From: Isurus oxyrinchus
Taxonomy: Eukaryota
Direction of reading: 5' to 3'
Length of the DNA stretch: 64,000 nt
NCBI GenBank assembly: GCA_026770705.1
Contig: JANJGN010000163.1
Coordinates: forward strand, 992,001 to 1,056,000
Below, one piece after another: positions 53,101-64,000 of the stretch; the stretch's first letter is position 1; each line of letters begins with the position of its first letter. Made by a program: the position numbers and the translations under genes. The notes under the pieces were generated by a model. It was not told the origin of the DNA and ran no database searches. It saw only the letters and a program-made list of their open reading frames with translations.

Positions 53101-56100
53101 CCACAGAGAACCTCAGCACCCACTGGAGAGTGGTCACCACAGAGAACATCAGCACCCACTGGAGAGGGGTCACCACAGAGAACCTCAGCACCCACTGGAG
53201 AGGCATCACCACAGAGAACCTCAGCACCCACTGGAGAGGGGTCACCACAGAGAACCTCAGCACCCACTGTAGAGGGGTCACCACAGAGAACCTCAGCACC
53301 CACTGGAGAGGGGCTTCACCACAGAGAACCTCAGCACCCACTGGAGAGGGGTCACCACAGAGAACCTCAGCATCCACTGGAGAGGGGTCACCACAGAGAA
53401 CCTCAGCACCCACTGGAGAGGGGTCACCACAGAGAACCTCAGCACACACTGGAGTGGGGTCACCACAGAGAACCTCAGCACCCACTGGAGAGGGGTCACC
53501 ACAGAGAACCTCAGCACCCACTGGAGAGGGGTCACCACAGAGAACCTCAGCACACACTGGAGAGGGGTCACCACAGAGAACCTCAGCACCAACTGGAGAA
53601 GGGTCACCACAGAGAACCTCAGCACCCACTGGAGAGGGGTCACCACAGATAACCTCAGCACCCACTGGAGAGGGGTCACCACAGAGAACCTCAGCACCCA
53701 CTGGAGACGGGTCACCACAGAGAACCTCAGCACCCACTGGAGAGGCTTCACCACAGAGAACCTCAGCACCCACTGGAGAGGGATCACCACAGAGAACCTC
53801 AGCACTCACTGGAGAGGGGTCACCACAGAGAACCTCAGCACCCACTGGAGAGGCATCACCACAGAGAACCTCAGCACCCACTGGAGAGGGGTCACCACAG
53901 AGAACCTCAGCACCCACTGGAGAGGGGTCACCACAGAGATCTTCAGCACCCACTGGAGAGGGGTCACCACAGACAACCTCAGCACCCACTGGAGAGGGGT
54001 CAACACAGAGAACCTCAGCACCCACTGGAGAGGGGTCACCACAGAGAACCTCAGCACCCACTGGAGAGGGGTCATCACAGAGAACCTCAGCACCCACTGG
54101 AGAGGGGTCACCACAGAGAACCTCAGCACCCACTGGAGAGGCATCACCACAGAGAACCTCAGCACCCACTGGAGAGGGGTCACCACAGAACCAAGGCACC
54201 CACTGGAGAGGGGTCACCACAGAGAACCTCAGCACCCACTGGAGAGGTGTCACCACAGAGAACCTCAGCACCCACTGGAGAGGGGTCACCACAGAGAACC
54301 TCAGCACCCACTGGAGAGGCATCACCACAGAGAACCTCAGCACCCACTGGAGAGGGGTCACCACAGAACCTCAGCACCCACCTAAGAGGGGTCACCACAG
54401 AGAACCTCAGCACCCACTGGAGAGGTGTCAGCACAGAGAAACTCAGCACCCACTGGAGAGTGGTCACCAAAGAGAACATCAGCACCCACTGGAGAGGGGT
54501 CACCACAGAGAACCTCAGCACCCACTGGAGAGGGGTCACCACAGAGAACCTCAGCACCCACTGGAGAGGGGTCACCACAGAGAACCTCAGCACCCACTGG
54601 AGAGGTGTCACCACAGAGAAACTCAGCACCCACTGGAGAGTGGTCACCAAAGAGAACATCAGCACCCACTGGAGAGGGGTCACCACAGAGAACCTCAGCA
54701 CCCACTGGAGAGGCATCACCACAGAGAACCTCAGCACCCACTGGAGAGGGGTCACCACAGAGAACCTCAGCACCCTCTGTAGAGGGGTCACCACAGAGAA
54801 CCTCAGCACCCACTGGAGAGGGGCTTCACCACAGAGAACCTCAGCACCCACTGGAGAGGGGTCACCACAGAGAACCTCAGCACCCACTGGAGAGGGGTCA
54901 CCACAGAGAACCTCAGCATCCACTGGAGAGGGGTCACCACAGAGAACCTCAGCACCCACTGGAGAGGGGTCACCACAGAGAACCTCAGCACCCACTGGAG
55001 AGGGGTCACCACAGAGAACCTCAGCACCCACTGGAGAGGGGTCACCACAGAGAACCTCAGCACCCACTGGAGAGGGGTCACCACAGAGAACCTCAGCACC
55101 CACTGGAGAGGCATCACCACAGAGAGCCTCAGCACCCGCTGGAGAGGCATCACCACAGAGAACCTCAGCACCCACTGGAGAGGCTTCACCACAGAGAACC
55201 TCAGCACCCACTGGAGAGGGGTCACCACAGAGAACCTCAGCACACACTGGAGAGGGGTCACCACAGAGAACCTCAGCACCCACTGGAGAGGGGTCACCAC
55301 AGAGAACCTCAGCACCCACTGGAGAGGGGTCACCACAGATAACCTCAGCACCCACTGGAGAGGGGTCACCACAGAGAACCTCAGCACCCACTGGAGACGG
55401 GTCACCACAGAGAACCTCAGCACCCACTGGAGAGGCTTCACCACAGAGAACCTCAGCACCCACTGGAGAGGGGTCACCACAGAGAACCTCAGCACTCACT
55501 GGAGAGGGGTCACCACAGAGAACCTCAGCACCCACTGAGAGGCATCACCACAGAGAACCTCAGCACCCACTGGAGAGGGGTCACCACAGAGAACCTCAGC
55601 ACCCACTGGAGAGGGGTCACCACAGAGATCTTCAGCACCCACTGGAGAGGGGTCACCACAGACAACCTCAGCACCCACTGGAGAGGGGTCACCACAGAGA
55701 ACCTCAGCACCCACTGGAGAGGGGTCACCACAGAGAACCTCAGCACCCACTGGAGAGGCATCACCACAGAGAACCTCAGCACCCACTGGAGAGGGGTCAC
55801 CACAGAGAACCTCAGCACCCACTGGAGAGGGGTCACCACAGAGAACCTCAGCACCCACTGGAGAGGCATCACCACAGAGAACCTCAGCACCCACTGGAGA
55901 GGGGTCACCACAGAACCAAGGCACCCACTGGAGAGGGGTCACCACAGAGAACCTCAGCACCCACTGGAGAGGTGTCACCACAGAGAACCTCAGCACCCAC
56001 TGGAGAGGTGTCACCACAGAGAACATCAGCACCCACTGGAGAGGGGTCACCACAGAGAACCTCAGCACCCACTGGAGAGGCATCACCACAGAGAACCTCA

Positions 56101-59100
56101 GCACCCACTGGAGATGGGTCACCACAGAGAACCTCCGCACCCACTGGAGAGGGGCTTCACCACAGAGAACCTCAGCACCCACTGGAGAGGGGTCACCACA
56201 GAGAACCTCAGCACCCACTGGAGAGGGGTCACCACAGAGAACCTCAGCATCCACTGGAGAGGGGTCACCACAGAGAACCTCAGCACCCACTGGAGAGGTG
56301 TCACCACAGAGAACCTCAGCACCCACTGGAGAGGGGTCACCACAGAGAACCACAGCACCCACTGGAGAGGGGTCACCACAGAGAACCTCAGCACCCACTG
56401 GAGAGAGGTCACCACAGAGAACCTCAGCACCCACTGGAGAGGGGTCACCACAGAGAACCTCAGCACCCACTGGAGAGACTTCACCACAGAGAACCTCAGC
56501 ACCCACTGGAGAGGGGTCACCACAGAGAACCTCAGCACTCACTGGAGAGGGGTCACCGCAGAGAACCTCAGCACCCACTGTAGAGGCATCACCACAGAGA
56601 ACCTCAGCACCCACTGGAGAGGGGTCACCACAGAGAACCTCAGCACCCACTGGAGAGGGGTCACCACAGAGAACCTCAGCACCCACTGGAGAGGGGTCAC
56701 CACAGAGAACCTCAGCACCCACTGGAGAGGGGTCACCACAGAGAACCTCAGCACCCGCTGGACAGGGGTCACCACAGAGAACCTCAGCACCCACTGGAGA
56801 GGCTTCACCACAGAGAACCTCAGCACCCACTGGAGAGGGGTCACCACAGAGAACCTCAGCACCCACTGGAGAGGGGTCACCACAGAGAACCTCAGCACCC
56901 ACTGGAGAGGGGTCACCACAGAGAACCTCAGCACCCACTGGAGAGGGGTCACCACAGATAACCTCAGCACCCACTGGAGAGGGGTCACCACAGAGAACCT
57001 CAGCACCCACTGGAGAGGGGTCACCACAGAGAACCTCAGCACCCACTGGAGAGGCTTCACCACAGAGAACCTCAGCACCCACTGGAGAGGGGTCACCACA
57101 GAGAACCTCAGCACTCACTGGAGAGGGGTCACCACAGAGAACCTCAGCACCCACTGGAAAGGCATCACCACAGAGAACCTCAGCACCCACTGGAGAGGGG
57201 TCACCACAGAGAACCTCAGCACCCACTGGAGAGGGGTCACCACAGAGATCCTCAGCACCCACTGTAGAGGGGTCACCACAGACAACCTCAGCACCCACTG
57301 GAGAGGGGTCACCACAGAGAACCTCAGCACCCACTGGAGAGGGGTCACCACAGAGAACCTCAGCACCCACTGGAGAGGCATCACCACAGAGAACCTCAGC
57401 ACCCACTGGAGAGGGGTCACCACAGAGAACCTCAGCACCCACTGGAGAGGCATCACCACAGAGAACCTCAGCACCCACTGGAGAGGCATCACCACAGAGA
57501 ACCTCAGCACCCACTGGAGAAGGGTCACCACAGAGAACCTCAGCACCCACTGGAGAGGGGTCACCACAGAGAACCTCAGCACCCACTGGAGAGGGGTCAC
57601 CACAGAGAACCTCAGCACCCACTGGAGAGGGGTCACCAGAGAACCTCAGCACCCACTGGAGAGGGGTCACCACAGACAACCTCAGCACCCACTGGGGAGG
57701 GGTCACCACAGAGAACCTCAGCACCCACTGGAGAGGGGTCACCACAGAGAACCACAGCACCCACTGGAGAGGGGTCACCACAGAGAACCTCAGCACCCAC
57801 TGGAGAGGGGTCACCACAGAGAACCTCAGCACCCACTGGAGAGGGGTCACCACAGAGAACCTCAGCACCCACTGGAGAGGGGTCACCACAGAGAACCTCA
57901 GCAATCACTGGAGAGGGGTCACCACAGAGAACCTCAGCACCATCTGGAGAGGGGTCACCACAGAGAACCTCAGCACCCACTGGAGAGGGTTCACCACAGA
58001 GAACCTCAGCACCCACTGGAGAGGGGTCACCACAGAGAACCTCAGCACCCACTGGAGAGGGGTCACCACAGAGAACCTCAGCACCCACTGGAGAGGCGTC
58101 ACCACAGAGAACCTCAGCACCCACTGGAGAGGGGTCACCACAGAGAACATCAGCACCCACTGGAGAGGGGTCACCACAGAGAACCTCAGCGCCCACTGGA
58201 GAGGGGCCACCACAGAGAACCTCAGCACCCACTGGAGAGGGGTCACCACAGAGAACCTCAGCACCCACTGGAGAGGGGTCACCACAGAGACCCTCAGCAC
58301 CCACTGGAGAGGGGTCACCACAGAGAACCTCAGCACCCACTGGAGAGGGGTCACCACAGAGAACCTCAGCACCCACTGGAGAGGCATCACCACAGAGAAC
58401 CTCAGCACCCACTGGAGAGGGGTCACCACAGAACCTCAGCACCCACTGAAGAGGGGTCACCACAGAGAACCTCAGCACCCACTGGAGAGGTGTCACCACA
58501 GAGAACCTCAGAACCCACTGGAGAGGGGTCACCACAGAGAACATCAGCACCCACTGGAGAGGGGTCACCACAGAGAACCTCAGCACCCACTGGAGAGGCA
58601 TCACCACAGTGAACCTCAGCACCCACTGGAGAGGGGTCACCACAGAGAACCTCAGCACCCACTGGAGAGGGGTCACCACAGAGAACCTCAGCACCCACTG
58701 GAGAGGGGCTTCACCACAGAGAACCTCAGCACCCACTGGAGAGGGGTCACCACAGAGAACCTCAGCACCCACTGGAGAGGGGTCACCACAGAGAACCTCA
58801 GCATCCACTGGAGAGGGGTCACCACAGAGAACCTCAGCACCCACTGGAGAGGGGTCACCACAGAGAACCTCAGCACCCACTGGAGAGGGGTCACCACAGA
58901 GAACCTCAGCACCCACTGGAGAGGGGTCACCACAGAGAACCTCAGCACCCACTGGAGAGGGGTCACCACAGAGGACCTCAGCACCCACTGGAGAGGCATC
59001 ACCACAGAGAACCTCAGCACCCCACTGGAGAGGGGTCACCACAGAGAACCTCAGCACCCACTGGAGAGGGGTCACCACAGAGAACCTCAGCACCATCTGG

Positions 59101-62100
59101 AGAGGCATCACCACAGAGAGACTCAGCACCCGCTGGAGAGGGGTCACCACAGAGAACCTCAGCACCCACTGGAGAGGCTTCACCACAGAGAACCTCAGCA
59201 CCCACTGGAGAGGGGTCAGCACAGAGAACCTCAGCACCCACTGGAGAGGGGTCACCACAGAGAACCTCAGCACCCACTGGAGAGGGGTCACCACAGAGAA
59301 CCTCAGCACCCACTGGAGAGGGGTCACCACAGATAACCTCAGCACCCACTGGAGAGGGGTCACCACAGAGAACCTCAGCACCCACTGGAGAGGGGTCACC
59401 ACAGAGAACCTCAGCACCCACTGGAGAGGCTTCACCACAGAGAACCTCAGCACCCACTGGAGAGGGGTCACCACAGAGAACCTCAGCATCCACTGGAGAG
59501 GGGTCACCACAGAGAACCTCAGCACCCACTGGAGAGGCATCACCACAGAGAACCTCAGCACCCACTGGAGAGGGGTCACCACAGAGAACCTCAGCACCCA
59601 CTGGAGAGGGGTCACCACAGAGATCCTCAGCACCCACTGGAGAGGGGTCACCACAGACAACCACAGCACCCACTGGAGAGGGGTCACCACAGAGAACCTC
59701 AGCACCCACTGGAGAGGGGTCACCACAGAGAACCTCAGCACCCACTGGAGAGGGGTCACCACAGAGAACCTCAGCACCCACTGGAGAGGCATCACCACAG
59801 AGAACCTCAGCACCCACTGGAGAGGGGTCACCACAGAGAACCTCAGCACCCACTGGAGAGGGGTCACCACAGAGAACCTCAGCACCCACTGGAGAGGCAT
59901 CACCACAGAGAACCTCAGCACCCACTGGAGAGGGGTCACCACAGAACCAAGGCACCCACTGGAGAGTGGTCACCACAGAGAACCTCAGCACCCACTGGAG
60001 AGGTGTCACCACAGAGAACCTAAGCACCCACTGGAGAGGGGTCACCACAGAGAACATCAGCACCCACTGGAGAGGGGTCACCACAGAGAACCTCAGCACC
60101 CACTGCAGAGGCATCACCACAGAGAACCTCAGCACCCACTGGAGAGGGGTCACCACAGAGAACCTCAGCACCCACTGGAGAGGGGCTTCACCACAGAGAA
60201 CCTCAGCACCCACTGGAGAGGGGTCACCACAGAGAACCTCAGCACCCACTGGAGAGGGGTCACCACAGAGAACCTCAGCATCCACTGGAGAGGGGTCACC
60301 ACAGAGAACCTCAGCACCCACTGGCCAGGGGTTACCACAGAGAACCTCTGCACCGACTGGAGAGGGGTCACCACAGAGAACCACAGCACCCACTGGAGAG
60401 GGGTCACCACAGAGAACCTCAGCACCCACTGGAGAGGGGTCACCACAGAGAATCTCAGCACCCACTGGAGAGGGTTCACCACAGAGAACCTCAGCACCCA
60501 CTGGAGAGGCTTCACCACAGGGAACCTCAGCACCCACTGGAGAGGGGTCACCACAGAGAACCTCAGCACTCACTGGAGAGGGGTCACCACAGAGAACTTC
60601 AGCACCCACTGGATAGGCATCACCACAGAGAACCTCAGCACCCACTGGAGAGGGGTCACCACAGAGAACCTCAGCACCCACTGGAGAGGGGTCACCACAG
60701 AGAACCTCAGCACCCACTGGAGAGGGGTCACCACAGAGAACCTCAGCACCCACTGGAGAGGGGTCACCACAGAGAGCCTCAGCACCCACTGGAGAGGGGT
60801 CATCACAGAGAACCTCAGCACCCACTGGAGAGGCTTCACCACAGAGAACCTCAGCACCCACTGGAGAGGGGTCACCACAGAGAACCTCAGCACACACTGG
60901 AGAGGGGTCACCACAGAGAACCTCAGCACCCACTGGAGAGGGGTCACCACAGAGAACCTCAGCACCCACTGGAGAGGGGTCACCACAGATAACCTCAGCA
61001 CCCACTGGAGAGGGGTCACCACAGAGAACCTCAGCACCCACTGGAGAGGGGTCACCACAGAGAACCTCAGCACCCACTGGAGAGGCTTCACCACAGAGAA
61101 CCTCAGCACCCACTGGAGAGGGGTCACCACAGAGAACCTCAGCACCCACTGGAGAGGCATCACCACAGAGAACCTCAGCACCCACTGGAGAGGGGTCACC
61201 ACAGAGAACCTCAGCACCCACTGGAGAGGGGTCACCACAGAGATCCTCAGCACCAACTGGAGAGGGGTCACCACAGACAACCTCAGCACCCACTGGAGAG
61301 GGGTCACCACAGAGAACCTCAGCACCCACTGGAGAGGGGTCATCACAGAGAACCTCAGCACCCACTGGAGAGGCATCACCACAGATAACCTCAGCACCCA
61401 CTGGAGAGGGGTCACCACAGAGAACCTCAGCACCCACTGGATAGGGGTCACCACAGAGAACCTCAGCACCCACTGGAGAGGGGCTTCACCACAGAGAACC
61501 TCAGCACCCACTGGAGAGGGGTCACCACAGAGAACCTCAGCACCCACTGGAGAGGGGTCAGCACACAGAACCTCAGCATCCACTGGAGAGGGGTCACCAC
61601 AGAGAACCTCAGCACCCACTGGAGAGGGGTCACCACAGAGAACATCAGCACCCACTGGAGAGGGGTCACCACAGAGAACCTCAGCACCCACTGGAGAGGG
61701 GTCACCACAGAGAACCTCAGCACCCACTGGAGAGGCATCACCACAGAGAGCCTCAGCACCCGCTGGAGAGGGGTCACCACAGAGAACCTCAGCACCCACT
61801 GGAGAGGGGTCACCACAGAGAACCTCAGCACCCACTGGAGAGGCTTCACCACAGAGAACCTCAGCACCCACTGGAGAGGGGTCACCACAGAGAACCTCAG
61901 CACCCACTGGAGAGGGGTCACCACAGAGAACCTCAGCATCCACTGGAGAGGGGTCACCACAGAGAACCTCAGCACCCACTGGAGAGGGGTCACCACAGAT
62001 AACCTCAGCACCCACTGGAGAGGGGTCACCACAGAGAACCTCAGCACCCACTGGAGAGGGGTCACCACAGAGAACCTCAGCACCCACTGGAGAGGCTTCA

Positions 62101-64000
62101 CCACAGAGAACCTCAGCACCCACTGGAGAGGGGTCACCACAGAGAACCTCAGCACTACCTGGAGAGGGGTCACCACAGAGAACCTCAGCACCCACTGGAG
62201 AGGCATCACCACAGAGAACCTCAGCACCCACTGGAGAGGGGTCACCACAGAGAACCTCAGCACCCACAGGAGAGGGGTCACCACAGAAAACCTCAGCACC
62301 CACTGGAGAGGGGTCACCACAGAGATCCTCAGCACCCACTGGAGAGGGGTCACCACAGACAACCACAGCACCCACTGGAGAGGGGTCAACACAGAGAACC
62401 TCAGCACCCACTGGAGAGGGGTCACCACAGAATACCTCAGCACCCACTGGAGAGGCATCACCACAGAGAACCTCAGCACCCACTGGAGAGGGGTCACCAC
62501 AGAGAACCTCAGCACCCACTGGAGAGGCTTCACCACAGAGAACCTCAGCACCCACTGGAGAGGGGTCACCACAGAGAACCTCAGCACCCACTGGAGAGGC
62601 ATCACCACAGAGAACCTCAGCACCCACTGGAGAGGGGTCACCACAGAGAACCTCAGCACCCACTGGAGAGGGGTCACCACAGAGAACCTCAGCACCCGCT
62701 GGAGAGGGGTCACCACAGAGAACCTCAGCACCCACTGGAGAGGGGTCACCACAGAGAACCTCAGCACCCACTGGAGAGGCGTCACCACAGAGAACCTCAG
62801 CACCCACTGGAGAGGGGTCACCACAGAGAACCTCAGCACCCACTGGAGAGGGGTCACCACAGAGAACCTCAGCACCCACTGGAGAGGCATCACCACAGAG
62901 AACCTCAGCACCCACTGGAGAGGGGTCACCACAGAACCTCAGCACCCACTGAAGAGGGGTCACCACAGAGAACCTCAGCACCCACTGGAGAGGTGTCACC
63001 ACAGAGAACCTCAGAACCCACTGGAGAGGGGACACCACAGAGAACATCAGCACCCACTGGAGAGGGGTCACCACAGAGAACCTCAGCACCCACTGGAGAG
63101 GCATCACCACAGTGAACCTCAGCACCCACTGGAGAGGGGTCACCACAGAGAACCTCAGCACCCACTGGAGAGGGGTCACCACAGAGAACCTCAGCATCCA
63201 CTGGAGAGGGGTCACCACAGAGAACCTCAGCACCCACTGGAGAGGCATCACCACAGAGAACCTCAGCACCCACTGGAGAGGGGTCACCACAGAGAACCTC
63301 AGCACCCACTGGAGAGGGGTCACCACAGAGATCCTCAGCACCCACTGGAGAGGGGTCACCACAGACAACCACAGCACCCACTGGAGAGGGGTCACCACAG
63401 AGAACCTCAGCACCCACTGGAGAGGGGTCACCACAGAGAACCTCAGCACCCACTGGAGAGGGGTCACCACAGAGAACCTCAGCACCCACTGGAGAGGCAT
63501 CACCACAGAGAACCTCAGCACCCACTGGAGAGGGGTCACCACAGAGAACCTCAGCACCCACTGGAGAGGGGTCACCACAGAGAACCTCAGCACCCACTGG
63601 AGAGGCATCACCACAGAGAACCTCAGCACCCACTGGAGAGGGGTCACCACAGAACCAATGCACCCACTGGAGAGTGGTCACCACAGAGAACCTCAGCACC
63701 CACTGGAGAGGTGTCACCACAGAGAACCTCAGCACCCACTGGAGAGGGGTCACCACAGAGAACATCAGCACCCACTGGAGAGGGGTCACCACAGAGAACC
63801 TCAGCACCCACTGCAGAGGCATCACCACAGAGAACCTCAGCACCCACTGGAGAGGGGTCACCACAGAGAACCTCAGCACCCACTGGAGAGGGGCTTCACC
63901 ACAGAGAACCTCAGCACCCACTGGAGAGGGGTCACCACAGAGAACCTCAGCACCCACTGGAGAGGGGTCACCACAGAGAACCTCAGCATCCACTGGAGAG
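11128..64000. repeat. 36-bp satellite/minisatellite array, ~1,470 copies in the window and running off the 3' end. Consensus CACCACAGAGAACCTCAGCACCCACTGGAGAGG(GG/CA/CT)T.
   Basis: Uninterrupted head-to-tail 36-nt period in a single orientation, with low divergence and recurrent 1-2 nt indels. The consensus is 61% GC, has only 3 T in 36 nt and contains no CpG. Confidence 0.99.

Noticed and set aside
11024-63993. Dozens of 200-2,100 aa ORFs on both strands, suggesting a mucin, adhesin or His-rich protein gene
   Set aside because: The unit is open in 5 of 6 frames by composition. ORFs switch frame at indels, and there is no signal peptide or non-repeat domain. Not called as CDS; kept only as a testable hypothesis in the findings.
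11128-64000. CRISPR array (36-bp repeat length)
   Set aside because: Units are directly adjacent with no unique spacers, there are no cas genes, and the context is vertebrate.
11128-64000. Array of complete RSSs or D segments
   Set aside because: The positions 12 and 23 nt after CACAGAG give CACTGGAGA and GGTCACCAC, neither of which resembles ACAAAAACC.

Overview
This is eukaryotic vertebrate DNA, most likely from a cartilaginous fish (shark) T-cell receptor locus; the taxon is inferred from the V sequence and the SINE-type satellite. About 95% of the window is tandem repeat. From the left: (1) a 5'-truncated, in-frame TCR V exon, most like TRBV (2-289), with a canonical-spacing 23-bp recombination signal (290-328); (2) a decayed V relic (~513-717); (3) an ~8.3-kb array of ~250 copies of a 33-bp unit built from two palindromes (1181-9458), containing a ~1.7-kb internal duplication and one short inversion; (4) ~1.7 kb of unique sequence holding a J-like segment, an inverted D-beta-like core, a purine-rich/G4 tract, a probable CR1 LINE 3' relic and a GC-box/TATA element; (5) a >52.8-kb array of ~1,470 copies of a 36-bp unit (11128 to the window end) with nested higher-order duplications. 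Nearly all long ORFs in the track are artefacts of stop-free repeat units whose lengths are multiples of 3. The most intriguing hypothesis, which is untested, is that nearly every 36-bp unit carries a RUNX core overlapping a heptamer-like CACAGAG next to a rearranging V gene.
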